Positions 30,726-49,937 of a stretch of 64,000 bases of DNA are shown one piece after another. Position 1 is the first letter of the stretch. The number at the start of each line of letters is the position of its first letter. Under the pieces are notes generated by a model. It was given only the letters and a program-made list of their open reading frames with translations, had not been told where the DNA came from and did not search any database. Position numbers and translations under genes: made by a program. Source of the stretch: the human T2T-CHM13v2.0 reference genome, Homo sapiens; assembly GCF_009914755.1 (NCBI RefSeq), contig NC_060933.1, one strand, 5' to 3'.

Positions 30726-32429
30726 TATTTATTGAGCCCCTTAGTCCAGGGACTGCTTCTGGTACTTGGGATGCCTCTAAGAACCCCACCCACAAAGACC
30801 CTTCTTCGTAGACCTTAGCAGGAGAGACACACAGTAAAGAGTAAACACAATACATAAGCAAAGTACCCAGTATGGCAGGAGGTCATAACTGTTTTGCAAA
30901 AAACCAAGACTACAGAGGGGAGGGTCACCAGGACATCTAGGGGCAGAGGTGGGGTGAGAATCCAACCTTCCACACGGGCCATCTCTGAGACCCATCTCTG
31001 TGACCCCAACAAGAGGCCCCTCGCCGGCCATCCTGTTCCAGCTTCTGATGTCCTGATGTAGAAGCGGCTTCTCTGCAGCTCTGAGGTGAGAGGCCAAGCC
31101 CTCCGTGACCCCAAAAGGCCAGGGCTCCCCAAGTGTTATCCACAAACACACCTGTGGGGACTGCAGGCTCCTGCAAGGCGCCCTTGCACAGGTCTCTTGC
31201 AGAGCTTCTCCACCCACTCTCTGGGCCCTGACACAGTGGGAGGGTGCCTGTCCTTACCCCAGCCGGATGTCCCACCACACTCCTGCCTGGGGACTTCTGG
31301 CACGCAGGAGAGGCTGGACACGCAGATGCAGAGAGGCTTGCCCCAACGCCGTTGCCCGTTTTACCTTGAAGTTCGTGGTTCTTTAATTCTTGCTCCAAAC
31401 TGTGAATCAACCTTTAAAATATATGATATTGAAGTTCTCCTTCAGCCTCCAGTCTTTCATCAGAGTTAAATCCAGAGATTTCATGAGCAGTAGATAAATT
31501 TGCAGTAGAGAAAAGTGCTCCAAAGGTGGGCACGCCTGGCTCCCATTTGGAGGTGTTTATAAATGCTTTTATGTAGACCCCTCCTAGATGACGAGGAATG
31601 GCCTCAGAGCAACCCTGGGAAGGATGAGGAGGGGTCTGGGGACTCCAGACGAAATTGTACAGCCGCCTACCGTGTGAGTGGAAACCCATGCTGCTTCTGC
31701 CTGGCCTCTAGGATCCGCGTTCAGGGGAAGCCGTGTCCCTGCGGTCATGAGACGTGATTGTTCAGACCAATGGATGAGGCTGAGCAGAATCATTTCATTT
31801 CCCCCGCACTTGCCAAAGGCAGGGACTTTCCTGTTTGTCCCTGCCTGATATGCAGGAAGGGCTCAGAACTACTTAAGAACAAATCAATGAACCTATGGCT
31901 TTATGGCAAATACCACAGAAACAACCTTAGAAATGGGCTGAGGAGGCTGTCTGGCCTCTAACAAATGACCTCATCTCTCTGAACCTTAATTTCCTCATCA
32001 GTAAAGTGGCAGTGCAGCCCCTCCCTCACAGGACGCTCCCTGGCAGAGTGCAGCCCTGCCGTGCAGCAGCCGGTATGACCTCGTCCTTGTGATCAGGAGG
32101 GCCCTGCTGAACTGTTTCCGCCCCGCAGGTGCCTACGAAGCCTGGGAAATGATGTGGCCTTCCTGGAGCCATGCAATGGCTTTGTTGTCACCAGGAAAAG
32201 GGCCTGTGGCACCCGCCTGGCCACTCATGTCCTAAATGAGACAGGCCCTCTTCATCGGCCTCAGTGGCTCATTGAGATGAGGACTTGGGAATTTTGCTGT
32301 TTAACAGAGCAACTGAGCACCCAGGTGGCTGCCCCAGCAGACCCTGGAGACGTTTCAGGAGACCTGGCAGGGACCCAAGCCTCTGCCACTGCACCAGGCC
32401 CTGGCCAGAGGGCTGGGCTCAGAGCCCTT

Positions 32430-32740
32430 TATTTTTTTATTTTTATTTTTTATTTTTTAGAGACACAGTATTGCCCTGTCTCCCAGGCTGGAGCACAGCA
32501 GTTGAAACCATACCTCACTGCAGCCTCGATCTCCCAGGCTTAAATGATTCTCCTGCCTCAGCCTCCAAGTAGCTGGGACCACAGGCATATGCCACCATGC
32601 CAGCCTTATTGTTAAGTGTTTTGGGTAGATCCCATCTCCCTATGTTGCTCAGGCTGGTCTTGAACTCCTGGGCTCAAGCGTTCCTCACATCTCAGCCTCT
32701 TGAGTAGCTGAGACCACAAGTGTGTGCCACCGCACCTGGC
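32430..32740 (-). mobile_element. AluJ-type element
   Basis: Diverged antisense Alu dimer. Confidence 0.85.
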
Positions 32741-33532
32741 CCCAGAGCCCCTTTTAAACTGCAACTCACAGTCTCCAAGTTAGACTCACACAGAGAAGAT
32801 CTAAATATGTGTCTCCTTGAGGGAGGCTGAGGAGTGGAGGAGGATGAACTCTTACAAAACATCAACCTTTTTAAAAATGTGTTTTCAGTAATTGCTGTTC
32901 TGCGCCAAGTTTTATCCTAGTGGGAGTTTCATGTCAGAATTACTAAGTAGGAGTTCATAACAGAGAAGTTAATCGCCCTTGTGTAGGGGCGAGGCACCGA
33001 GCGATGATCTCTGTGCCCAGGTAGGTGCTTCCTGGATCCGCACAAGCACAGGAGATGGCAGGTGGGGAGTGGGTGGGGGGTTATGAAGGGCAGCCGAGGA
33101 GGGGCAGGGGGCAGGGGGAAGCAGGATCTCTGATGGTAGAAGGGAGTGGTCACTACGTCCCCAACACACCCCCTTCATGTCCCCACTATAGCCACACACC
33201 ACGGGGGAAAGGCTCCAGGCCAGCCCCCATCCCCTCAGGACCATGATGCGGGCATCTGCAGAAACGGGTGGGGGCTGTCTGGCCTGAGAGGCCTAGAGCC
33301 AGGAACAGGTGGTTTAGAGCTGCCCTCCTCCTCCAACTTCAGCCCCAACCCCCTTCCTCAGCAGCAGATCCCACCTGAGTCTCTCCTAGGCCTGTTCTGG
33401 ATCCGAAGTGGGTATGAGACATTCACCATCTATTCCTTTGCTCCACCGTCACCAGAGGCTTTGTGGTACCTTATTTTTGAGAAGAGGCAACATATTCTAG
33501 GACTAGGCTGGGAACAAGGGAGAAGTTCATCA

Positions 33533-34565
33533 TGCATCCCTCCATTTATCCATCCATCCATCCATCCATCCATCCATCATCCATTCTCCCACCTACCCAC
33601 TCATTCCCCATCCAGCTACCCACTCATCCATCCATCCATTTGTCCATTCACCTACCAATCCATTTATCTATCCATCCATCCCCATCCATCCATCCATCAA
33701 TCATTATCGATCCATCTATCCACTCATCCATCTATCCACCTACCAATCCATTCATTATCCATTCATTCCTGTACATCCATCCATGTATCTACCTATCAGT
33801 CCATTCATTATCCATCCACCTACCAATCCATTCATTATCCATCTACCCCATCCATCCATTCACCTACCAATTCTTACATTATCCATCCATCCCCATCCAT
33901 CCATCCATCCACCCACTCATCCACCTATCAATTCATTCATTATCAATCCCTCCCCATCCATCCACCCACCCACTCATCCATTCATCATCCATCTATCCCC
34001 ATCTACCCATCCACCTACCCATCCATCCATCCACCCATACATCCATCCACCCACCCACCCACCTATCAATTCATTCATTATCAATCCATCCCCATCCATC
34101 TACCCATCCACCCACTCATCCATTCATCATCTATTCCCATCCATCCATCCACTTACCCATCCATCCATTCACCCCATCTACCCATCCATCTATCCACCCC
34201 ATCTACCCATCCATCCATCCACCCATCCACCTACCAATGCATTCATTATCCATCTATCCACCCACCCACCCATCCATTCATCATCCATCTATCCCCATCC
34301 ATCCATCAACCCACCCACCCATTCAGCATCCATCTATTCCCATCCATCCATCCACCCACTCATCCACCCATCCATCCATCCACCCACCCATCCACTTACC
34401 AATTCATTCATTATCCATCCATCCCCATCCATCTATCCCCCCACTCATCCATCCACCATTCATCATCCATCTATCTCCATCCATCCATCTGTCCCCACCC
34501 ATCCACCTACCCATCTACCCACTCATCATCCATCTGCCTACCCATCCAGCCACCCATCCATTCTT
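33533..34565 (+). repeat. ~1 kb degenerate (TCCA)n/(CCCA)n microsatellite array
   Basis: Directly visible atcc/accc repeats; produces His/Pro/Ser/Ile low-complexity ORFs. Confidence 0.97.
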
Positions 34566-34977
34566 CATCTGGATGGACAAATCTTCATTGAGCACCAATT
34601 CTGTGCTGGGCAACAGGAGACAGAGATGCAGGAAACACAATCTCTGCTCTCAGAGAACATGCTTTCCAGGGACAAGAAGACATGGACAGATGGACAGAAG
34701 CACCAGGTGAAGATGCTAGGACATGGCTGATCTGTGGTCCATATCCTGTTGGGGAAAACTGGGGGCCTGGGGACGTTGGTCTAATGAAGAGAAGACTTGG
34801 AGGAACTGGCATATGCTGCTGAGAATGTTTGGTGCCCACCATAATACCTGGGAGGGGGGAGGGAGGACAGAGGGGTGACCACAGTGAAAATGTGGAGGGA
34901 TCAGTGGAGTGTAAGCCCAGCCATTGAAGGAATGTTTAGGTGAGGCACTGCAGAAGTCAGCTGGACACAATCAGGAG

Positions 34978-35175
34978 TGTAAGTGTTAAAGAAAGAGGAA
35001 AGAAACACAAAACGCAGCTTTGGGGCTGACATATCTCTGGCCGGAGGGGAGGTTATCTCGGGGCTGGCAAGCCTCTGGTGAGGGAGGGGTTTGGAATGTT
35101 TCTGGTCTGAGATGTTATTTGTGGGTTTTGGTCATGCTGACCAGTGCTTATCCAAGATGGCAATACTCCTGCTGC
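34978..35175 (-). mobile_element. Internally deleted ERV1 LTR (LTR19-like)
   Basis: tgtaagtgttaaagaaagaggaaagaaacac ... ggaggttatctcggggctggca ... gtgcttatccaagatggc; name from memory. Confidence 0.55.
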
Positions 35176-35450
35176 TGGTTGGCCACTTGGAATTGTCTTC
35201 GTGGAGAGAGAAGACTTTATGGTTATGGGCCACAATATCTAGGGTGTGGCCATGGGAGAGGAGGGCTGGGGTAGTTTTGAGGTCAAGACCATGAAAGGAG
35301 AGCAGGCCAGGGTTTTGCAGGGATCACCCCCTGGAAACGGAAATCACCAAAAGTTATAAGAAGAGGAGGAGTGCTGGAGAGCGATGCGGTCCTTGAGGGG
35401 CGAGCGGGTGTCCATCTCCAGTTACAGCACAGTCAAGGGGATGCTCAAAG

Positions 35451-36050
35451 TGTTGACAAAAAAGAGTCAAACTCTGTAAAATATTTGAAGAGAGTTATTC
35501 TGAACCAAACCTGAGTGATCATGGCCCATGATGCAGCCCCCGGGAGGTCCTGAGAACATATGTCCAAGGTGGTCAGGGTGCAACTTCATTTTACACATTT
35601 TAGGGAGACATGAGACCTCAATCTAATACATTTAAGAAATAAATTGGTTCAGAAAAGCAAGAGAACTAGAAGGCGGGGGGTGGGTGAGGGGGGACTTCCA
35701 GGCTATAGGCAGATTTAAAAATTTTCTGAGTGACAATTGGTTGAGTTGATTTAAAGACCTGGGATCAATAGAAAGAAAATGTTTGGGTTAAGATAAAGGA
35801 TTGTGGAAACCAAAGTTCTTATTTGCAGAGGAAGCCTTCAGGTGGCAGGCTTCAGAGAGCCTGTAAAATGTTTCTTATCAGACTAAAGTGTGTTGATGTT
35901 AATGCTGGAGCGATAATCATGCAAGTCCGATCCCCACTTCCCATCATGGCCTGAACCAGTCTTTCAGATTACATTATAAGAGTGCCCTGGCAGAGGAGGA
36001 GGTCCATTCAGATGGCTGGGGGGCCCTCAGAATTTTATTTTTGGTTTACA
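35451..36050 (-). mobile_element. ERV1 solo LTR, MER4B-type
   Basis: tgttgacaaaaaagagtcaaactctgtaaaatatttgaag ... gaattttatttttggtttaca; aaag/aaaa flanks. Confidence 0.85.
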
Positions 36051-38119
36051 AAAAGTTTAGGATATGGGGGACATTGCTCATGGCTGGTCAGGAGCTCGAG
36101 AGTGGAAGGGTTTGAGGGAACTGGGGATGGGGGAAGGGGTCTGAGAAGGGGTTATACAGAGCTGTCTGGGGCAAGGGGTGGCCTGGGGGGACTCGAACTT
36201 TCCATACAGAGGGAGAAGCAGCATAATGAGCTTCATCCTGGGGTCTACAGTGGCAGACAGTGGGGAAAGCAGTGACAGGGAGTTTGCCAGCAGAGGAGGC
36301 AGCTTAGGGTGGTCTTACTCAAAGACCCTCCCTGAATGCTGGGAGCTGGGAAGGGGTTGGTTTTGCCCAAGCACATGGGGTCTCACTTGTCTTCAGGCAA
36401 TGGTGGCTGCCTGAGGATAGCGGAGGCTCATTGCCCTAGGCCAAGTGGGAAAACTGTCTCACCCAGAAGGTCACACCCTCCCCCACAACCCAGTGCCTGA
36501 TTGATGAGGGGAGGGAGAGGAGACACAAAATGGTCCTGGCCTCAAGGCAGGGACAGCCGTGAGGTGCAGTGCTCCTGAACTCCCCTTCATCCAACCAGGC
36601 TGAAGCAGTCATAGCCTTGCTCAGGTCTCTGCACCGGCTCTCTACCCCCACTCTCCTTTCCTAGGAGCACTCCCTCCATAATCACCTCCACAGGAATTCC
36701 ATCTCAGCTCTGCTTCCAGGAAACCTGACCCAAGACAGAGGTTGTTGCAAGGGCAGAGGCCACAGGCATCCACGCCAGCCTCTGTGTGTTCAGTCTGTGA
36801 GCGGCCCAACGCTCCCCATGCACTCCTCCTTAAAGCCTACTCAACCCTGGGGTCTGCAGGCAAGTTCCTCGCGGGTGCCTTCCCTTGTCCTGGCTGCTGC
36901 TCTGCTTCCTTTGCAAGCTCCTTCTCGCACCCTTGCGCTGGCTCCCTCCAGAGGGCTCCATCCCCTGCCCACTGTGCCTTCGTGGGTGGTGCCCAGATCT
37001 CTGTCTCCTCTGCCCTGGACCCCTCTGCCCCTGACTGGCAGATCTATAGAGTTCAATGCCCCTGGAGGGCTCCACGTCCATCCCACAGGGACCCAGACTC
37101 TCATCTTCCTCCTGAGTGTGCTCTCCCCGGAGACCTGGCATTGGAATTCACCCTGCCACCTTGTGGTCTCCCCAAGTGGAAACCTGGGCGTCAGTCTGGA
37201 CGCTTGTCACCAAATTCTGTCCCTTCCACCTTCACATGGCCTCTCCATCTTCACCGCCTCGGTGTCTCTATCTCGTCCCGATCACCGTCGCCTCTCCTCT
37301 GGCGGAGAGCACCAGCATTCCCACTGGTCTCTGCTTTTCCTCAAACGCATCTCTGTGTATATCTCCCCTCAGGATCACTCTGTGGCCCCCACTGCTCTGG
37401 GTGGAACCTTCTTTCCAGTGGTGTTTCAGTCCCCTGGGTCTGCCTCACTCCTCACCACCGTCTTGTGCTTCTGCACTGAGCTCCAGCCAGACCACCTGCC
37501 TGCAGCCACCTGGCACTACCTGTTCCCGTGTGCTTCCTGCCTTTGCCTGGAGAGAATAACAATCTATAGTCCAAACTCAAGGACAAAAACAAACTGCTTT
37601 TTGGCTGTGGTGGCATGAAACCCCAATAAGTCAATGACAATGCTGCATGCTTCTGAAAGCTGGCCAGTCAGGGACAGTCCCACACTACAGAACAGGCCCA
37701 GGCAGCAAGAACCTTGTGCCCCTGAAGTCAGGCTGAACACTCTCACTTCTGAAAGCTGGACAATCCTCAATGCCAGGCTTCCCAAGAGACTCAATTTGTT
37801 TTGCTCTGAGAGATGGTCCTATAAGCACAGTTCCCCTTTGCTCTAGTAAGCAAGATACTCAGCTTCAGCACTGACCAGCCTCATAATCCGTCCTCACCAA
37901 GTGGAGGGCCCTCCCTCCGGGTTCCTCCACGGCCGTATCTGTCTCTGTTCATACACCTTCCCCTCAGCACTTAGAGACATGGGCTGGCATGGCGGGTGCT
38001 GGCGGCAGGGGTGAGAAATAAACTTTCAGCCCTAGATGAGGAGCCCAAGAGGAGAGCATGCCATCACCTGGAGTCTCTGGTATGTGCCTGGCACCTGTAC
38101 TGATTGCATTAACCACTGT

Positions 38120-38360
38120 GATTTTTTAAAAGATGTACTATTTTGAAATGTATAATACATACGGAGAAGTGTATGAAATATGTACAATTTAAAGATAAGG
38201 AAAAATGCATGCCTGTGTGCCCACCACCTAGTGAAGAAATACAACCTGGACACCACTTTGGAAGCCTGTCTGTGTTCACCCGTCGCATTCTCCCTCCTCC
38301 CCCAGCCCAGGTATCCTCCATCCTTTAGCCATCCCCTGACTTTCTTTAGTTTCATTGCCT
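38120..38360 (-). mobile_element. Ancient L1ME-type 3' fragment that ends abruptly
   Basis: ttttgaaatgtataatacatacggagaagtg...cccaccacctagtgaagaaatacaac. Confidence 0.55.
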
Positions 38361-39364
38361 GAAGTCTGAGCTACTAGGGAGGCTGAGGCAGGATAATTTC
38401 TTGAACCCAGGAGCAGAGGTTGCCGTGAGCCGAGATTGCCCCATTGCACTCCACCCTGGGTGACAGTGCGAGACTCCCTCAAAAAAAAAAGTTTGTGGGA
38501 CCAATTCCAATTGAGTCAAGGGGTCTCAATTGGCCAAGGCAGTCTCAAACTTCTGACCCAAAGTGATCTGCCTAGTTCGGCCTCCCAAAGTGCTGGGATT
38601 GTAGGCATGAGCCACCATGCCCGGCCTCCCCTCCTTTTCATTCAGGGATTTTAAATGTTTTATTTGCTCCATCTGTTATGTATGATTGCCTTGATGATTT
38701 CAGCTTGAATTAAAATTACATATTTTTGCCTGTGTTTATTAATATTTAAACATATTAAAATAATACATGTTCATAATGAAAATGAAACATTACAAATAAA
38801 TACACAGGAAAGGCAGTATTCCCCTTCCAGTTCCACTCTTGAAATAACCAGTTAACAAGATGATGAACATCTTTCCATGATGTTCTCCAAGATTCATATT
38901 ATTTTTGCAATCATACAATGGCATATACAGCTCAGGTGCGGTGGCTCACGCAAGTAATCCCAGTACTTTGGGAGACTGAACTGGGTGGATCATTTGAGGT
39001 CAGGAGTTCAAGACTAGCCTGGCCAACATAGTGAATCCCCATCACTACAAAAAACACAAAAATTATCTGGGCGTGGTGGCAGACGCTTGTATTCCCAGCT
39101 ACTTGGGAGGTGGAGGCATGAGAATCACTTGAACCTGGGAGATGAAGGTTACAGGGAGCCGAAATCGCATTACTTCACTCCCACCTGGGCGACAGAGTGA
39201 GATTCCATCTCAATAAATAAATAAATAAACAGAAAGAAAGAAAGAAAAAAAGATGAAAGAAACAAAGAAAAAAGGAAGAAAGAGAGAAAAAAGACAGAGA
39301 AAGGAAGCAAGCAAGCAAGCAAGCAAGCAACCAAGAAAGAAAGAAAGAAAAAAAAATAGAAAGA

Positions 39365-39663
39365 AAAAGAAGTCATGTGCTCAGGTTGCTAGGATCGATG
39401 GTAAGAACAAATCCTCTAGCGGTGAAAATGTAAGAAGGAAAAAGAAATTTCTGTTAGTCTTGTTTGTTGCACCCCAAGCTCTAAAAATACAGCCACATGT
39501 GTGATAAGTACTTAGTTAAGATGAAAAAGGCATTAAATTTGTGCATGGAAATCATAAACAGAAATGTGTTCTGATTGACAGCAATTGGGTCAATGCTATC
39601 CAAGGTTCAGGCATCCACTGCGGGTCTTAGAACACATCTCCTGCAGATAAGTGAGGGCTACTA
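39365..39663 (+). mobile_element. Tigger4-type (TcMar) DNA transposon fragment
   Basis: gtgataagtacttagttaagatgaaaaaggcattaaattt ... ttcaggcatccactgcgggtcttagaac...gataagtgagggctacta terminus. Confidence 0.8.
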
Positions 39664-40006
39664 TATAACGTTTCTTTCTTTTTTTCTTCAATTATAAAGC
39701 ATTCTCCTTTTTCATATAACAATTTGCCATTGATATCACTTTAGGTATAAAGATATTAGGATATCTTTATAGTAGATAAAAAGCTAACTCATTATTTGTA
39801 AGAGTTAAAGTATCTTCCATTATATCAGCATATAAAATGCTAAAGTACTTTTGCCACCAAAAATAGTGCTTCTGTAAATATTCTTTTACTTATACCTTTA
39901 TTTTTACTTCTGCTGAAACAAATAGCATGAGGAAACAAATGTATGTGTATAAAATATAATATATTTATATATATTTAATATGTGTATATACACATACATA
40001 CAATAA

Positions 40007-40138
<132 letters not shown>

Positions 40139-40513
40139 TGAGTAGCTGGGAATACAGGCATCTGCCACCAAGTCCAGCTATCTTTGTCTTTCTGGTGGAG
40201 ATGGGTTTTCACCATGTTGGCCAGGCTGCTTTTGAACTCCTGACCTCAAGTGGTCCACTGACCTTGCTCTCCCAAGGTGCTGGAATTACACTTGTGAGCC
40301 ACCGCGCCTGGCCTAACATATACAATTTAATGTATATACAAATATGGGTTGGGTGCAGTGGCTCACTCCTGTAATCCTAGCACTTTGGGGAGCTGAGGTA
40401 CGGGATTCTTTGAACCCAGGAGTTTGAAACCAGCATGGGCATCATGGTGAAACCCTGTCTGTACAAAAAACACACAAATTAGTTGGGTGTGGTGGCACGT
40501 GCCTGTGCTCTCA

Positions 40514-40702
<189 letters not shown>

Positions 40703-40764
40703 CTAATTTCACCAGCAATATATGCGACTACTCATTTCCTACATACTCACTATCACTTGGGTGC

Positions 40765-41305
40765 AGTCAAGGAAACTTAGTAGGCCTGAATTGTCCAAAC
40801 CTGGCATACTCCAAAGAATGGTGTGACTCTAGCCTGGCTCCTGGGAAATAACCTCTAAGTCCTTGGAATCTCCTGCCTATCTGGGAGTTAGTTAATAATG
40901 TGATTTATTGTGGGGACCTTGGACCATGCAGTGTCAGCTTGACCTTGGGAAGGGTGGAGACAGGAAACTAAGGTCATCCAAATGGGTGCTCTTGTCCATG
41001 AGACCAACCTCCAGTAAAACCCTCAACCCCAAGGCTCAGGTAAGCTTCTTGTTGGGGAGTATTTTCTGTACTTTCTGCCACATATCGTTGGGTGAATTAA
41101 GCACTGTTCACATGATACCACTGGCAGAGGACAACTGGAAGCTTGTGCTTGGTTTCTCCTGGACTCTGCCCTATGCACCTTTTTCTGCTGCTGATTTTAA
41201 TCTGTATCCTTTTGTTGTAATAAACCATAACTATGAGTATAACAGCTTGACTCAGTTTTGTGAGTCCTTCTAATCAATCACTGAACTTTTGGGACCCCAA
41301 AACAC
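40765..41305 (+). mobile_element. ERVL-class LTR (MER77/MER68-like)
   Basis: taggcctgaattgtccaaacc...ctcctgggaaataacctctaag...ttttaatctgtatccttttgttgtaataaaccataactatgagtataacagc. Confidence 0.65.
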
Positions 41306-41479
41306 AATGTTGTTTCTTAATTGAATTTTCCATGTTATGTAAGAAACCTATATGCATAATTGAAAATCCCACACTAAGAAAGAGCTCTCCATGCAGTCTA
41401 CTCCCCACCCTGTTTCTCCAATAGTCCCGAGTCTACTTTCTGAATAATCAAATATTTAAATTTTCTAAACTATTTATAA

Positions 41480-41781
<302 letters not shown>

Positions 41782-41916
41782 TGATCCGCCTGCCTTGGCC
41801 TCCCAAAGTGCTGGGATTACAGACATGAGCCACCGTGCCCGGCCCCTCCTTCTTAATGTATCAACTTGATATATTACCTGATGGCTTCGTGTTCTGATAG
41901 CTGATGACTTGGCTGA

Positions 41917-42123
<207 letters not shown>

Positions 42124-42364
42124 TGAGTAGCTGGGATTACAGGCATGAGCCACCATGCCCAGCTAATTTTTGTATTTTTAGTAGCAGCAGGGTTTCGCCT
42201 TCTTGGCCAGGCTGGTCTCAAACTCCTGATCTTGTGATCCACCCACCTTGGCCTCCAAAAGTGTTGGGATTACAGGTGTGAGCCACCGACCCGGCCACTC
42301 TCACTATTTTCAATGGCTCTGTTGGTTACTATTCACAACATTCAACAATTAGACTTATACCTCA

Positions 42365-43622
<1,258 letters not shown>

Positions 43623-44986
43623 GATCCCTTACTCTGTAGCAAGTTCTGTATGCATAAGCCTCTCTTTGTTCTTATTTTGGTGGCCTCTGTTTATTTACAC
43701 AAAGAGAAATAACTGCTATTCCCATAAATCATGGCTTTCAAAATGGTCACAGTTCACTGGGCATGCTTGCTCATGCCTGTAATTCTACCACTTTGAGAGA
43801 CCGAGGCGGGCAGATCATGAGGTCAGGAGATCGAGGCCATCCTGGCCAACCCAGTGAAACCCCATCTCTACCAAAAATACAAAAAGAAAAAAAAAGCCAT
43901 GATTGGTGGCATGCACCTATAATCCCAGCTACTCAGGAGGCTGAGGCAGGAGAATCACCTGAATCCAGGAGGCAGAGGTTGCAGTGAGCCGAGATCACGC
44001 CACTGCACTCCAGCCTGGATGACAGAGTAAGACCGTCTCAAAAAACCCAAACTGGTCAGGCTCGGTGGCTCACGCCTGTAATCCCAGCACTTTTGGAGGC
44101 TGAGGCAGGTGGATCACAAGGTCAAGAATTCAACACCAGCCTGGCCAAGATGGCTAATCCCCAACTCTACTAAAAAATACAAAAATTATCCAGGCACGGT
44201 GGCAGGCACCTGTGATCCTAGCTACTTGGGAGGCTGAGGCAGGAGAATCGCTTCAACCCAGGAGGCAGAGGTTGCAGTGAGCTGAGATCTCACCACTGCA
44301 CTCCAGCCTGGGCAATAGAGTGAGAATCTGTCTCAAAAAAAAAAAAAAATGGGGAAACTCCATCTCTACTAAAAATACAAAATTAGCCAGGCATGGTGGC
44401 ACATGCCTGTAATCCCAGCTACTTGGGAGGCTGAGGCAAGAGAATCGCTTGAACCTGGGAGGCAGAGGTTTTGGGGAGGTGGAGGTTGAGGTGAGCCAAG
44501 ATCGTGGCATTGCACTGCAGCCTGGGCAACAAGAGTAAAACTCTCTCTAACAAACAAACAAACAAACAAAACAAAACAAAGAAAAATACACACAACTTAT
44601 TTCCTGGTTTGTGATAATCTGTGAAATATATTTTGAAATGAATTGGAATTCAATACAGTACTATTCACACCCCAAATACTCCTAATATTTCCTTTCCCAG
44701 ATGATGACCTGGTACTCTTCCTAGGGCTTGACTTCTCCCTACAGGTCCCCAGTACAAGTATTTGTGATTCTGAGTCAATTCATTGTCTACATGTGTGACA
44801 ATGCAATGCTCTTGTTGTAGAGTACCAAGATGAGGCAGGTCCAAACTGCACATTTGTAGAGAACATAGTATATGTGCAATTGAACATGTATGTGGTTGTG
44901 ATACTGAAAACAATACGAACTTATGCCAGGTGCAATGGCTGATGCCTGTAATCTTAGCAATTTGGGAGGCCGAGGCATGGAGATCA

Positions 44987-45262
<276 letters not shown>

Positions 45263-45737
45263 CTATTTATAGCATGCCTTTATCAGGGGGTTGGGGTGTG
45301 GGACTAATTACCAACTTTCTGGCACATAAAGTGTTTTGATTCATCTGGTATTTTCCCTGACCCAGACGTGGAATAAACCATTTATTTAAAGATCCTTGGC
45401 TTCTTTCATTGAAAAGTATTATTTACAAAGCACCAAAATCTTGGGCTGGGTGAGGTGGCTCAGGTCTGTAATCTCAACACTTTGGGAGGCTGAGGCAGGA
45501 GGATCCCTTGAGGCCAAGAGTTTGAGACAAGCTTGGGCAATGCAGTGAGACCCCCATCTCTATTTTTAAAAACCAAACAAAAACAAAATCGCCAAGATCG
45601 GGGTGACACGTGTGCTCATTGCTATGGGTGTGTCATTGCTTCTAGGCCCTCTTAGTGGGCAGAACTAGGAAATATATTGTACGTATACTAACACACATGC
45701 CACATGCCTAATTTGTATATTTATTTAGCCTTACTGG

Positions 45738-48690
<2,953 letters not shown>

Positions 48691-49110
48691 GTTTGGGGCT
48701 GGGTGCAGTGGCTCACGCCTGTAATCTCAGCACTATCATTTTCTCATATGAATCGGAAAATGCTGACTTCTACATCCTAAATCTAAACTAATTTCCCACT
48801 CACTTGCTAAGCTTCAGTCACACCAGGCTGCTTTCTGTTTCCGGAACGCTCCAAGCGCTCTCTGATTTTTCAGGGTCTTCAGTGTAACTGTGCCTCTGCT
48901 TGGAATACCCTTCCACACTGCTGGCTCCTCACCACCAAAGCTCGAGGGTTATCTCTCAGACACCCGTCCTATCAATGCTACGGGAAGTATCCCTCAAGTT
49001 ACTGCCTATACCACCTATTGATATATTTCATAGTATTTATCACAATATAAAATTACTTCATCTTCCCCTTTTAATTTAAAATCTTTTTTGTTCTCCAGAC
49101 TAGAATGTAA

Positions 49111-49620
<510 letters not shown>

Positions 49621-49937
49621 TGACTCTGGGTGATCAGGTGGGCGCTTGTGACTGTGCGCGCTCGGAGTGGATGTGTGTGTCCTGGACGAGCCGCGTTGTG
49701 TGTGCGGATGTGGACAACCGGTGACTGTGTAGTGGGGGCTGCGTGTCCCAAGGTGGGTGTGTGACTTTGCGTGTGTGTGCAGTACTGTGTGTGCATGAGT
49801 TGCAGGTCTGTGGCTGTGCAGGTGCAACTTGTGTGGCCCCGTGGTCTGTGTGAGAGAGGAGAGTGTGATTGGCTGTGAGGCAGAGGGTAAGTGGATATAG
49901 GGAGGCATGTGTGCGATTGGAAATTTGTGTGTCCCCT

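Noticed and set aside
33146-34730. 481, 392 and 315 aa His/Pro/Ser/Ile-rich ORFs
   Set aside because: Translation of the (TCCA)n microsatellite
36742-37618. Overlapping 245 and 273 aa ORFs
   Set aside because: No recognisable domain; C/T-rich, stop-poor DNA; not an olfactory-receptor or other family I can recognise
38507-38533. 9-bp hairpin CCAATTGAG-N9-CTCAATTGG
   Set aside because: Short and partly made of decayed Alu sequence; likely chance
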